Notes: a model not told the origin generated them from the letters alone. 64,000 nt of DNA from Microthrixaceae bacterium (GCA_037045585.1 JBAOIR010000041.1:24112-88111); one strand, 5' to 3'. Shown: positions 47,142 through 57,819, numbered from the stretch's first letter. Numbers and translations are program-made.

Positions 47142-47354
47142 ATGCAGAACCACACGTACCGGGTGACCGGGATGACCTGCGGCCACTGCGAGGCCGCCGT
47201 GCGGTCCGAGGTCGGTGGGATCGACGGCGTCGACTCGGTCGACGTTCAGCTCGACACCGGAGAGCTCGTCGTCCGAGGCAGCGCCGAGGTCACCGACGAG
47301 GCTGTCCTTGCGGCCGTCGAGGAGGCGGGGTACGACGCCGTGAGGGTCGGGTGA
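47142..47354 (+). CDS. copZ: Heavy-metal-associated copper chaperone
   Basis: 70 aa with [15 protein letters not shown]. Confidence 0.9.
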   Translation: MQNHTYRVTGMTCGHCEAAVRSEVGGIDGVDSVDVQLDTGELVVRGSAEVTDEAVLAAVEEAGYDAVRVG

Positions 47355-47545
47355 CCGCTCCGACGAAGCTGATCCTCTTCGGCATCGCGCTCGTCGCGTT
47401 GTTCCTCGCATCGTTCACGATCGCCGGTGCGGTGGTCCCCGACGACGTGGTGACCCGCTGGACCGAACGCGGCGCCACCCACGACATGGGTACCACCGGC
47501 ACCAGTACCACGATCACCGTGCACCCGAACGGACACGGATCGTGA
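47351..47545 (+). CDS. Small membrane protein in the copper operon (64 aa)
   Basis: GTGA overlaps at both ends. One TM helix ([20 protein letters not shown]) and a His-containing tail (THDMG...HPNGHGS). Confidence 0.5.
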   Translation: MTAPTKLILFGIALVALFLASFTIAGAVVPDDVVTRWTERGATHDMGTTGTSTTITVHPNGHGS

Positions 47546-49790
47546 CCACGCCCATCACCGCCACCACCGACATCGAGCTCGAGATCGGCGGCATGACCTG
47601 CGCGTCGTGCGCCATGCGCATCGAGAAGAAGCTCAACAAGCTCGATGGCGTCACAGCGACGGTCAACTACGCCACCGAGACGGCCCGGGTCACCGCCGCC
47701 ACCGACCTCGATCCCGCGATGCTGATCGCCGAGGTCGAGAAGACCGGATACACCGCAGTGGTGCCCGCAGCGCACGGAACCATCCCCGACAGCGACGACG
47801 TCGTCGACCCCGAGCTGGTCGCGCTGCGACAGCGACTCGTCGGGGCCGTCGTGTTGACCGTTCCCGTGATCATCCTGGCGATGGCCCCCGCGCTGCAGTT
47901 CGAGTACTGGCAGTGGGCGTCGCTCACGCTCGCGGCACCGGTGATCACCTGGGCGGCCTGGCCTTTCCATCGCGCCGCCTGGACCAACCTCCGCCACGGT
48001 GCAGCGACCATGGACACGCTGGTCTCGGTGGGCACGCTGTCGGCGCTGCTCTGGTCGCTGTACGCCCTGTTCCTCGGCACCGCCGGGGTGCCGGGCATGA
48101 AGCACGGTTTCGACCTGACCGTCACCCCCGGCGACGGCGCCGGCAACATCTACCTGGAGGTCGCCGCGGGCGTCACCATGTTCGTCCTGGCCGGCCGCTA
48201 CTTCGAACAGCGATCCAAGCGCCGTGCCGGTGCCGCGCTGCGGGCGCTGCTCGAGCTGGGCGCAAAGGACGTCGCCGTCGTACGCGACGGCGTCGAGACC
48301 CGGGTCCCGATCCACGACCTCGTCGTCGGCGACGAGTTCGTCGTCCGCCCCGGCGAGAAGATCGCAACCGACGGCGTGGTCGTGGCGGGCCGATCTGCCG
48401 TCGACGCCAGCTTGCTGACCGGTGAATCCCTCCCCGTCGAGGTGGCCGAGGGCGACGCCGTGACCGGTTCGACGGTGAACGCGGGTGGCCGCATCACCGT
48501 GCGGGCGACCGGCGTCGGCGCCGACACCCAGTTGGCGCGGATGGCGAAGCTCGTGGAGGACGCCCAAGCCGGCAAGGCACCGGTGCAACGCCTCGCCGAC
48601 CGGGTGTCGGGCGTCTTCGTGCCGATCGTCATCGCGATCGCGGTGGCCGTCCTCGGCGCCTGGCTGGGCGCCGGATTCCCCGCCGACGCGGCCTTCACCG
48701 CCGCCGTCGCCGTGCTCATCATCGCCTGTCCCTGTGCGCTCGGCCTGGCGACGCCGACGGCGCTGCTCGTCGGCACGGGGCGGGGCGCTCAGCTCGGCGT
48801 CCTGATCAAGGGCCCGGAGGTGCTGGAGTCGACCCGCCGGGTCGACACGATCGTGCTCGACAAGACGGGCACGGTGACCACGGGGCGCATGACGCTCGTC
48901 GAGGTGCACGTCGGGGACGACACCGAGCGCGCCGACGTGCTGCGGCTCGCCGGGGCGTTGGAGGCGGCGTCGGAGCATCCGATCGCCCGGGCCGTCGCGC
49001 TCGGGGCCGTCGAGGAGCTCGGCGCCCTCCCCACGCCGACCACGTTCGACAACCTCGGCGGCCGCGGGGTCGTGGGCACCGTCGACGGCCACGACGTGGT
49101 GGTCGGGAGCGAACGATTGCTGACGGAGCGGTCCCTGCGCCTCTCCCCGCGCTCGCCACGGCCAAGTCGCAGGCCGAGGCGAACGGGCGCACCGCGGTCG
49201 TCGCCGCCTGGGACGGGCGGGCGCAGGGTGTGCTCGTCGTCGCGGACGCCGTCAAGGGGACGAGTGCCGAGGCGATCGCCCGGTTCACCGAGCTGGGGCT
49301 GACCACCGTGCTCCTCACCGGCGACAACACCGCCGCCGCCGAGCAGGTCGGCCGCGAGGTCGGCATCGCCGAGGTGATCGCCGAGGTCCTGCCCGCCGAG
49401 AAGGTCGACGTGATCAAGCGGCTGCAGTCCGACGGCAAGGTGGTCGCCATGGTCGGCGACGGCGTGAACGACGCCGCCGCCCTCGCCCAGGCCGACCTCG
49501 GTCTCGCGATGGGCACCGGCACCGACGTCGCCATCGAAGCCGCCGACATCACCCTCGTCCGGGGCGACCTCCGCTCGGCGGCCGATGCCATCCGTCTCTC
49601 CCGTCGGACCCTCGGCACCATCAAGGTCAACCTCTTCTGGGCGTTCGCCTACAACGTCGCCGCCATCCCGCTGGCGGCGTTCGGCCTCCTCAACCCGATG
49701 CTCGCCGGCGCGGCGATGGCCGGCTCCAGCGTGTTCGTCGTCAGCAACAGCCTGCGTCTGCGGTCCTTCCGTTCCGTCGCGACACCCTGA
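47542..49790 (+). CDS. copA: Copper-translocating P1B-type ATPase, one frame break
   Basis: The N-terminal GMTCASC, TGES/TGESLP, CPC ([13 protein letters not shown]), DKTGTVT and HP (SEHPIARA) are in ORF 47542..49302. After about 49135 it continues in the ORF 49230..49790 frame with VLLTGDN and [12 protein letters not shown]. Confidence 0.9.
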
Positions 49791-49834
49791 CCCCGTTCCG
49801 TCCCCCGGTCCCCCTCCCGAAAGGCACCCGTCGT

Positions 49835-50137
49835 ATGGACGACACCACCGCACACCACCACGGCTACATGGGCGACAAGGCGAAGTACCTCGCCCGCCTC
49901 AAGCGCATCGAGGGCCAGGCTCGCGGGCTCCACCGGATGGTCGACGAGGAGCAGTACTGCATCGACATCCTCACCCAGATCTCCGCGGTGACGAAGGCGT
50001 TGGAAGGCGTTGCGCTCGCCCTGCTCGACGATCACCTGCGGCACTGCGTCGTCGACGCCGTGACCAGCGGTGGCCCCGACGCCGACGCCAAGCTCAAGGA
50101 GGCGTCCGACGCCATCGCCCGGCTCGTGCGCTCCTGA
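49835..50137 (+). CDS. csoR: CsoR family copper-sensing repressor
   Basis: 100 aa. L.RLKRIEGQARGL.RMV.E..YCIDILTQISAV..AL......LL..HLRHCV, with Cys-His-Cys ligand positions. Confidence 0.85.
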   Translation: MDDTTAHHHGYMGDKAKYLARLKRIEGQARGLHRMVDEEQYCIDILTQISAVTKALEGVALALLDDHLRHCVVDAVTSGGPDADAKLKEASDAIARLVRS

Positions 50138-50152
50138 GCGCCGGGCCTCGCC

Positions 50153-51559
50153 TCACCGACCCGGCGTGCGCCGGACGGCCGGCATGTCGAGCGGGGAACG
50201 CCGAAGGCGGACCTCCACCACGAGCCCGCCCTCGGGGCGCAGCCGGGCCGTGACTCCGCCGCCCGACGCCTCGGCGAGACGCAGCACGATGGGGAGTCCG
50301 AGCCCGCTCCCACCGTCGACGGCGTTGGGCCCGCGCCAGAACCGGTCGAACATGCGCCCCAGCTGAGCGTCGGTCACGCCCGGGCCCTCGTCGGTGACGG
50401 CGACCGTCACGGCGTCGCCGGTGGCCGTCACCGAGACGACCACGGCGCTGTGGGGCGGCGCATGATCGGCGGCGTTGGCGATGAGGTTGTCGAGGATCTG
50501 CTCCAGGCCCCCGTCGACGACGTCGGCGACCGCGCCCCCGGAACGGTCGTCGACGGTGAGCCCGAGGTCGCGCTCCTCGGCCAACGGCAGCCAGGTCGCG
50601 ACCCGTTCCGCGGCCACGGCGCCGACGTCGACCCCGACGATCTCCCCGGCCGACGTGTCGAGCCGCGCCAACGACAGGAGCGCGTCGACCAGCTCGGCGA
50701 GGCGGTCGACCTCGGCCATCGCGGCGAGCAGGTCGTCCGACGGTGCCCCGCCGGAGTCGGCGACGGCGTCGATGCGGAGGCGGAGGGCCGTCAGTGGCGT
50801 CCGGAGTTGATGGGACGCGTCGGCGAGGAAGGACCGCTGCGACTCGACCAGCGTCTGGAGCCGCGCCGCCATGGTGTTGAACGTGGTCGTGACCCGCACG
50901 AGGTCGGCAGGCCCCTTCGCGACCGGCAGCCGGGCACCGAGGTCGCCCGAAGCGAGCGAATCGGCCGCCGATTCCAACCGCTGGATGGGCCGACCGAGAC
51001 CTCGGGCGACGAACCAGCCCGCCGTCGCGACGACGGCGAGCACGATCGCGTCGAGGGAGACGAGTTGGACCCACACCCCCCGGGTGCGGCTGTCGACCGT
51101 CGTCGAGGGATAGCTGACCCGGACGGCCCCGAGGACCTCGCCCTCGTGGCGGATCGGGATCGCGACGTACGCGATCGAGGCGCCGAGCGTGGCCGACGGG
51201 CGAGCCCCGCTCGAGAAACGCCCGGCGAGCGCGGCGGCGATCTCGGGCCGGCTCGAGAACTGGCGTGACGGTCCCGACAACGAGCTCGAGTCGACGACCG
51301 ACCGACCGACGGCGTCGACCATCACGACGCGCCCACCGGTCTCGGCCACGTACCGGCGAACCAGGGACGGGAGCGAGCTGAAATCGGAGCTCTCGAACGC
51401 GTCGTCGGACTCGGCACCGAGCACGCGTGCGTCGCGCTCGATGGCGGTGAACAGGCGGTCGCGCTCACGCGCCGCGAAGGTCAGTCCCAGCGGAACCGTG
51501 AGCATCGCGAGGATCAGCAGGGTCATCAGCAGGTAGCTGACGAGGATCCGGCGGGTCAT
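50153..51559 (-). CDS. Sensor histidine kinase (HAMP-HisKA-HATPase)
   Basis: ATG 51559 (ATGA overlap with the RR stop). H-box FLADASHQLRTPLTAL, N-box LDNLIANA, G-boxes DEGPGV and GSGLGLPIV. Confidence 0.9.
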   Translation of the reverse strand: MTRRILVSYLLMTLLILAMLTVPLGLTFAARERDRLFTAIERDARVLGAESDDAFESSDFSSLPSLVRRYVAETGGRVVMVDAVGRSVVDSSSLSGPSRQFSSRPEIAAALAGRFSSGARPSATLGASIAYVAIPIRHEGEVLGAVRVSYPSTTVDSRTRGVWVQLVSLDAIVLAVVATAGWFVARGLGRPIQRLESAADSLASGDLGARLPVAKGPADLVRVTTTFNTMAARLQTLVESQRSFLADASHQLRTPLTALRLRIDAVADSGGAPSDDLLAAMAEVDRLAELVDALLSLARLDTSAGEIVGVDVGAVAAERVATWLPLAEERDLGLTVDDRSGGAVADVVDGGLEQILDNLIANAADHAPPHSAVVVSVTATGDAVTVAVTDEGPGVTDAQLGRMFDRFWRGPNAVDGGSGLGLPIVLRLAEASGGGVTARLRPEGGLVVEVRLRRSPLDMPAVRRTPGR

Positions 51560-52218
51560 CCCGGGACGCCGAACCGGTAGCCCACCCCACGCACCGTCTC
51601 GATCCAAGCCGGATCGCCGAGCTTGCGGCGAAGGGCAGCAACGTGGACGTCGAGGGTCTTGCTGGGCCCGTACCAGTGCTCGTCCCAGACCGACTCGAGG
51701 ATGTCACGTCGACGGTGAACGACACCGAGGTCGGACGACAGGTAGGCGAGCAGGTCGAACTCCTTGGGCGTGAGTTCGAGTTCGACCCCGTCCATGGCGG
51801 CGCGGTGCGCCGCCACGTCGATGGTCAGCGGGCCGAGCTCGCGTTGCCGCTCCGGCGCCTCCTCGGGCATGGTCCGGCGGGCGACGGCACGAATCCGGGC
51901 GATCAGCTCTCGGGTACCGAAGGGCTTCACGACGTAGTCGTCCGCGCCCGATTCGAGGAGCAGGACACGATCGATCTCGTCGCCGCGGGCGCTGATGACG
52001 ATGATCGGCACGGAGGAGGTCTGGCGGATGCGGCGGCAGACCTCCGAACCGTCGAGATCGGGAAGGCCGAGGTCGAGGAGCACGAGGTCGCTGCCATCGA
52101 CGGCAGCGAGACCGTCCGCTGCGGTCGCGACGGCGACCACATCGAAGCCGGAACGCATCAGGCCGTCGGCGAGGGGCACCGAGATCGTCGGGTCGTCTTC
52201 GATCAGCACCACTCGCAT
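51556..52218 (-). CDS. OmpR-family response regulator
   Basis: ATG 52218. MRVVLIEDD, DLVLLDLGLPDLDG, DDYVVKPF, and the winged-helix end ..TVRGVGYRF. Confidence 0.9.
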   Translation of the reverse strand: MRVVLIEDDPTISVPLADGLMRSGFDVVAVATAADGLAAVDGSDLVLLDLGLPDLDGSEVCRRIRQTSSVPIIVISARGDEIDRVLLLESGADDYVVKPFGTRELIARIRAVARRTMPEEAPERQRELGPLTIDVAAHRAAMDGVELELTPKEFDLLAYLSSDLGVVHRRRDILESVWDEHWYGPSKTLDVHVAALRRKLGDPAWIETVRGVGYRFGVPG

Positions 52219-52345
52219 GCCACCACCATGGCGGACGGGACGGGGCGTCCGGTGGGTTTTGTCCAAGCCTTTACCTTCTCCGCCCCGGGTCCTGGTTCGA
52301 CGGTTCGTACCGTGGGCGGCACAGCCACTGACCAGGAGGAATGCG

Positions 52346-52711
52346 ATGGAACGACGCACGACGATCGGGGTCGCCGCCGGCATGACCCTCACCATCGCCG
52401 CGATCGCCGTCGCCGTCGGACTGAACGTCGCGATCATGTCGGATCGGTCTGCGACGACCGGTCCGGGCACGTTCGAACCGGTCGCCGAGACCGGGGCACC
52501 GGCCGGCTCCTCGGCGAACCCGACACCCGCATCCGCTCCCGCCGTCGAAACGGCACCCGCACCTGCATCGACACCCACCGGGGAGATGACCCCGCCGACC
52601 GCGATCTCGACATCACCCGCCCCGACGTCGTCGGTCCGCCACGACGACGACCAGCGCGAGGGCCACGACGAGGGCCACCACGAGGAGGACGAGGACGGCG
52701 ACGATGACTGA
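52346..52711 (+). CDS. Membrane-anchored protein with a Pro/Ala/Thr linker and a His/Asp/Glu-rich tail
   Basis: ATG 52346 with AGGAGG upstream. TM helix IGVAAGMTLTIAAIAVAVGL; tail HDDDQREGHDEGHHEEDEDGDDD. Confidence 0.55.
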   Translation: MERRTTIGVAAGMTLTIAAIAVAVGLNVAIMSDRSATTGPGTFEPVAETGAPAGSSANPTPASAPAVETAPAPASTPTGEMTPPTAISTSPAPTSSVRHDDDQREGHDEGHHEEDEDGDDD

Positions 52712-52985
52712 ACGCCGTCGTCGCCCGCACCCGGCGCTCGGGGCCCGTTGGGTGTCCGCCGGGCTGGCCGTCGCCGCGACGGTCGGGATCACGAGCTACC
52801 TCGAGATCGACAGCGTCCTCCACCCCACCCCCCTTGCCACCATCGCGCCGCCCACGGTCGTGCCCGGCACCGCCAGGATCGCCGTGCCGCCACCTCCACC
52901 CGTCACCGTCACGACCATCTCGCCGGTCACCGCGCCGGTCTACGTCCCGCCGACCCACGCCCGAACCCGGGGCTCCAACGGGTGA
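52704..52985 (+). CDS. Small Pro-rich membrane-anchored protein
   Basis: 93 aa. ATGA overlap with the previous gene and GTGA overlap with the ApbE gene. It has one TM helix. Confidence 0.45.
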   Translation: MTERRRRPHPALGARWVSAGLAVAATVGITSYLEIDSVLHPTPLATIAPPTVVPGTARIAVPPPPPVTVTTISPVTAPVYVPPTHARTRGSNG

Positions 52986-53947
52986 GCATCTCGAACGCGA
53001 CGCGGCGGGCGATGGGGACCACGGTCGCGGTGACGGTCCACGGCGGTCGCCTCGACGCCAACGACGTCCTCGCCGAGATCGATCGGCTCGAGCAGTCGTG
53101 GAGCCGGTTCCGGCCCGACAGCGAACTGAGCCGTCTCAACGACTGCAGCGGCAGCCTCACCGTCGTCTCCTCGACCCTGCTCGTGCTCGTTGAGCACCTC
53201 ATGGCGGCGCACCGGCTGACCGGCGGCCGGTTCGACCCGACGATGGGAGCGCACATCGCTGCGCTGGGTTACGACCGCACGTACCGCGACCTGCGCGACA
53301 GTTCGCGGCAGCCCGTTCGACCGCTGCCCGACATCGTCCGGGCCGACGACGTCGTGGTCATCCCGTGCACTGCAGCGGTACTGCTCCCGGCCGGCGTCCG
53401 TCTCGACCCCGGTGGTCTCGGCAAGGGCCTCGCGGCCGACCTCGCCGCCACGATGGCGTGCGATGCCGGCGCCGACGGCGTGCTGATCGACCTCGGCGGC
53501 GACATCGTCACCCGCGGCTGCGCGCCCGACCGCGGCCCCTGGCGCATCGACGTGCCGTCCACCGGCATGCGGCCGCGGCGGATCCTCGAACTGCACGACG
53601 GTGCCGTCGCCACATCGGATACCTCGGTGCGAACGTGGACGGTTTCGGGAGTGCGCCACCGTCACGTCCTCGACCCCCACACCGGCCTCCCCCTCGAGCG
53701 TGACCTCCGGGCCACCGTGGTGGCCGGCGCCGGCTGGTGGGCGGAGGCCGCGGCGACGGCGGCCATCATCTCCACGGCGCGGGGCGACCGATGGGTGGAC
53801 TCACTCGGAACGATCGACGGGATCAGCGACGTCGACGTATCGGAGCGATCGCGTTCCTGGTGCTGCACGTCGGGGCGCTCGTCGCCGACAGCTTCGTGCA
53901 CTTCGGCGTCACCGACGTCGCAACCTTTGCCATCCCCTAACCCGTGA
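52982..53947 (+). CDS. FAD:protein FMN transferase (ApbE family); C-terminus uncertain
   Basis: AMGTTVAVTVHG, SELSRLN, LDPGGLGKGLAADL, LIDLGGDI, RHRHVLDPHTGLP, AEAAATAA. The last ~35 codons are low-complexity. They overlap an alternative-frame fragment resembling a ferric-reductase-type TM helix (IGAIAFLVLHVGALVADSFVHFGVTDV, stop 53940). Confidence 0.7.
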   Translation: MSISNATRRAMGTTVAVTVHGGRLDANDVLAEIDRLEQSWSRFRPDSELSRLNDCSGSLTVVSSTLLVLVEHLMAAHRLTGGRFDPTMGAHIAALGYDRTYRDLRDSSRQPVRPLPDIVRADDVVVIPCTAAVLLPAGVRLDPGGLGKGLAADLAATMACDAGADGVLIDLGGDIVTRGCAPDRGPWRIDVPSTGMRPRRILELHDGAVATSDTSVRTWTVSGVRHRHVLDPHTGLPLERDLRATVVAGAGWWAEAAATAAIISTARGDRWVDSLGTIDGISDVDVSERSRSWCCTSGRSSPTASCTSASPTSQPLPSPNP

Positions 53948-54038
53948 CACCCCCTCTGTTGGCACGACCGTCCCTACCCTGGGTCCCAGATCCCCAACAC
54001 CCGGAGCCGTTGCTGCTCCTCCCTCACGAAGGCTGCCC

Positions 54039-54536
54039 ATGACCGAGACCGAGACCGAAGCCAGCGCACCGAAGAAGAGGTACTTCACCTCGTGGTGGTC
54101 GAAGGTGCTCCTCGTCGTCGGCATCGCCGCGGTCGCGATCCAGTTCGTCCCGTTCGGGGTCGACAACCCGTCGGCGCGCGACGAGCCGCAGTGGGACAGC
54201 CCGACCACCCGGCAGCTCTTCATGACCGCCTGCGCCGACTGCCACAGCAACGAGACCAAGGTGCTGTGGTTCGAGCACGTCGCACCCATCAAGTGGTACA
54301 TCGCCGACCACGTGGAGGAAGGACGTGAGGCGCTCAACGTCAGCGAGTGGCACACCAACCCCGGGCGTGACACCGACGCGTTCGCCGAAGTCGTCGAGGA
54401 GGGCTCGATGCCACCCGACTACTACACGTACTTCGGCCTGCACAGTGACTCGAAGCTCACCGAGACCGAGAAGCAGCAGCTGATCGACGGTATCGAGAAG
54501 ACCCTCGCCGCCGACCCGCCGACCTCGGGCCGATAG
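54039..54536 (+). CDS. Haem-binding domain protein (Haem_bd-like, single CxxCH)
   Basis: 165 aa. TM anchor, CADCHSNETK, WYIADHVEEGREALN.SEW, GSMPP..Y...H. Confidence 0.7.
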   Translation: MTETETEASAPKKRYFTSWWSKVLLVVGIAAVAIQFVPFGVDNPSARDEPQWDSPTTRQLFMTACADCHSNETKVLWFEHVAPIKWYIADHVEEGREALNVSEWHTNPGRDTDAFAEVVEEGSMPPDYYTYFGLHSDSKLTETEKQQLIDGIEKTLAADPPTSGR

Positions 54537-54555
54537 ACCCCGCAACCGGCACCGA

Positions 54556-54810
54556 TCAGGCGGCCGAGATTCCCCAGACCAGGGCTGCACCGACGAGCCC
54601 GGCACCGACGGCGACGACGCTCACGAGCAACCGGAGCTCCCCGAACAGCGAACCGAGCGCCGGGTCGCTGAAGCGGGCAACCATCGGTTCGTCCGACGGC
54701 GGAGCCGACCCCGAATCGGGGCGGAGGATCGTCCGGAGCGCGAGCACCCCGGCGACCACGACCGCCGAGCCGAGTCCGCCCACGAGCATCGGGCCTGCCG
54801 CGCCCCCCAT
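54556..54810 (-). CDS. Small two-TM hypothetical membrane protein
   Basis: 84 aa with two hydrophobic helices. No family recognised. Confidence 0.35.
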   Translation of the reverse strand: MGGAAGPMLVGGLGSAVVVAGVLALRTILRPDSGSAPPSDEPMVARFSDPALGSLFGELRLLVSVVAVGAGLVGAALVWGISAA

Positions 54811-55053
54811 CTCAGTCCACCTTCGAGGTGGTCGGTGCCGTGGACGGACGGGGTGTCGAGTTCATGGCACGGACCGTACCGACACCACGATCTGCGCCGA
54901 CCCAAGCGACGGTGAGCGCACGGTTAATCCTCGATGGAACCCGAATCGAGCGCTGGGTGACGCGGGTGAGCCGCCCGCTCACCCGAAAACTCCCGGCAGC
55001 CCACCGTCGGTCCGGCAAACTTGCACCATGCGGCCGTGCCGACGAGGTTCCGA

Positions 55054-55734
55054 ATGACCGACGAGTTGCTCATCGTCGAGGACGATCCCGGTATCCGGTC
55101 CGGCCTCGTGCGGGCCCTGACCAATGCCGGCTATGCCTGTCGTCCCGCTCCGGACGCCGCAGCGGCGCGTGCCGTGGTCGACCCTCCGGGTCTGGTACTG
55201 CTCGACCTCGGCCTCCCCGATGCCGACGGCCTCGACCTCGCTCGCGAACTGCACGACCGCTGGCCGGACGTGCCGATCGTGATGGTCACCGCTCGCGCCG
55301 AGGAGATGGACGTCGTGGTCGGCCTCGACAGCGGCGCCATCGACTACGTCACCAAGCCGTTCCGGCTGGCGGAGCTCCTTGCCAGGATTCGCGCCCACCT
55401 GCGTCGCCCTGCGCCCGCCGCCGACGCCCCTGCCCTCGTCGGTGCCGGGGTGATCGTCGATCTCGGGGCACGGATCGTGCGGCTGGACGGCGAGGAGATC
55501 TCCCTCCGGGCCAAGGAGTTCGACCTCCTCGTGGCGCTGATGAGCAACCAGGGCAATGTCGTCACCCGCGAAGATCTCATGGCCCAGGTGTGGGACGAGC
55601 ACTGGTTCGGGTCGACCAAGACGCTGGATGTCCACATCTCGGCCTTGCGGCGTCGGCTCGGGGAAGCCCCCGGCGAGTCGAGCCGCATCACAGCGTTACG
55701 CGGCGTCGGGTACCGATGGGAGCGAGATGCCTGA
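55054..55734 (+). CDS. OmpR-family response regulator
   Basis: ATG 55054 (MTDELLIVEDDPGIR). LVLLDLGLPDADG, IDYVTKPF, ..LRGVGYRW. Confidence 0.9.
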   Translation: MTDELLIVEDDPGIRSGLVRALTNAGYACRPAPDAAAARAVVDPPGLVLLDLGLPDADGLDLARELHDRWPDVPIVMVTARAEEMDVVVGLDSGAIDYVTKPFRLAELLARIRAHLRRPAPAADAPALVGAGVIVDLGARIVRLDGEEISLRAKEFDLLVALMSNQGNVVTREDLMAQVWDEHWFGSTKTLDVHISALRRRLGEAPGESSRITALRGVGYRWERDA

Positions 55735-55752
55735 CCGCAACGGTGTGTTCCG

Positions 55753-57059
55753 GTGAGGCGTCGGATCCTCACGGCGATCGTCGGGGTCACAGCGCTGGCC
55801 ACCATCGTGCTCACGCTTCCACTCGTGTTCCTCATGGCCAGCCGGGAGCACAACGACTCCGACCGGGAGCTCACGCTCGTCGCCGAACAGGTCGCCAACG
55901 AGCTCACCTCCGACTCGGACTTCTCCGCCAGCGGACTCGAGCTGCCCCGGATCGACGACGCCCTGATCACCGTCGGGGTGTATCTCCCCGACGGTGAGCT
56001 CGTCGCCGGCGAGGGTCCGACGCCCGCCGACGAGTTGACCCGGTCGGCGGGAGTTCTGTCGAGCCTCGACAACGTCGACGACCACCGCGTGCTCGTCCGG
56101 CCGATCGTCGAGCGCGAGCAGAAGGTGGCGGTGATCCGCGTGGCCGAGCCGCTCTCGGAAGCGGAACGCAAGATCTGGCGCGACATCCTCGTCCTCGTCG
56201 GGATCGACGCTGCGGCGCTCATCGTCGCCGCTGTCGTCGGCTCGTGGGTGACCTCGCGCCTCGTGCGCCCCCTGCGAGCGATTCGAGACGACGCTGTCCG
56301 CCTCGGCGAGGGGGACTTCTCCATCGTGCCGACGCCGAGCGGGATCGACGAACTCGATGCCACCGCCGGCGCCCTCGCTGACACGGCGGCGCGCCTCGAC
56401 GGTGTCCTCCAGCGCGAGCGCTCCTTCACTGCCGACGCGTCCCATCAGCTCAGGACGCCACTCACCTCGCTGCGGCTCGTGATCGAGACCGAGCTGCAGT
56501 CGCCGGGAACCGACCCGGCGCCGGTGCTCGACGAGGCGCTCGGTGAGATCGATCGGCTGGAGCGCACGATCACCACGCTCCTCCGGGTAGCGCGTGACCA
56601 ACCGGTCACCCGCGCTCCACTCGACATCGACCAATGGCTCGACACCGTCGTCGGGCGGTGGCAGGCAGTGCTCGACGAGCGGGGCCGCTCGATCACGGGC
56701 ACCACCGGCGTCGGCGTCAGCCCCCGCGTGAGCCTGTCCGTGCTCGACCAGATCGCCGACATCCTCCTGCAGAACGCGGTGCAGCACGGCCGTGGTCAGG
56801 TGCGGATCGACGTCGCCGAGGAGGCCGACCATGTCGTGATCACGGTGACCGACGAGGGCACCATCGCCCGCGACCCCACCGAGCTGTTCACGCGCCGCGT
56901 GACCCGGGCGCCTCGGGTCACGGCCTCGGGCTGGCGCTGGCCCGGGCACTCGCCGAGTCGGAAGGGGGCCGGCTGGTGCTCGCCGCACCCACGCCGACGA
57001 CGTTCCGGCTGCTGCTCCCCGATCAGTCCGGGGCGGGCGGGGGCTTCGGGCCGAGCTGA
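55753..57059 (+). CDS. Sensor histidine kinase, one frame break
   Basis: GTG 55753. HAMP, H-box FTADASHQLRTPLTSL and N-box LLQNAVQHG are in ORF 55753 frame. The G2 box GHGLGLALARALAESEGGRL.L is in the ORF 56634..57059 frame. The break is near 56900. Confidence 0.85.
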
Positions 57060-57134
57060 CGGCACGCGGCTGCCCGATCTGGGTGCGCTGCACCGAGCGT
57101 GGGGCAGCGACCCGCTCGGAGGAGCCGGTGCGAG

Positions 57135-57819
57135 ATGATGGTGGAGATGGAACCGAACACGGGAACCCACGACGTCGGTGAGCCCGGCGTCGGCGACCGC
57201 TACCGGGACGCGCGCCTGCGGATCACCGCCCTGCTCGAGCCCGTGAACGACTCGGCATGGGACACCCCGGTCGACGCCTGCACCGGTTGGCGGGTCCGCG
57301 ACGTCCTCGCTCATCTCGTCGGCGTGATCGAGGACGCCGCAGCCGGCCGACTCGGCGGGCCTCCCGACCCGGTCCAGACGGCGGCGGAGGTCGATCGTCA
57401 TCGCGACGACGATCCCCGAGAGCTCCTGCGCACCTGGTCCGCCATCGCCGCCGTTCGAATCCGCCATCACCGACGGATCGACGTGGCCCGCCCTCATCGA
57501 CGTGGTGTCCCACGAACACGACCTCCGCACGGCCCTCGGCTCGCGCGCCCACCGTGACCACCCAGACATCGCCCTGCTCGCCCGGTTGCTCACCGGCGGG
57601 ATTCCCGGTGACGTGTTCGTCGACCTCGGCGAGGGGGCCGAGGTCGGCACCACCGAGGGTCTCCGGCTCCGAACCGATCACTTCGAGTTCTTCCGCCTCC
57701 GGCTCGGTCGACGGTCCCGCCGACAGGTGGCCCGTCTCGACTGGAGCGACGATCCCGAGCGGGTCCTCGATGCGATGTTCGTGTTCGGACCGGCGGCCAC
57801 CGACCTCGACGAGCGCTGA
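57135..57819 (+). CDS. DinB-fold, mycothiol-dependent maleylpyruvate isomerase family protein, one frame break
   Basis: W.TP..ACTGWRVRDVLAHLVGV (ORF 57099 frame) continues in the ORF 57502..57819 frame (DVVSHEHDLRTALG..FEFFRLRLGRRS..). The break is near 57450-57470. Confidence 0.7.

Noticed and set aside
49100-49240. The copA frame break considered as a programmed ribosomal frameshift.
   Set aside because: The break lies deep in the P-domain-coding region, not after the first metal-binding domain where a programmed copA frameshift has been described. I saw no slippery heptamer. More than a dozen other genes in the window show equivalent breaks.
53737-53940. ORF with a ferric-reductase-like TM helix motif, considered as a separate gene.
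   Set aside because: It is only ~35 plausible residues followed by a stop, with no start codon context. It overlaps the ApbE frame. It is more likely a truncated remnant or a frame error, and is mentioned under the ApbE finding instead.
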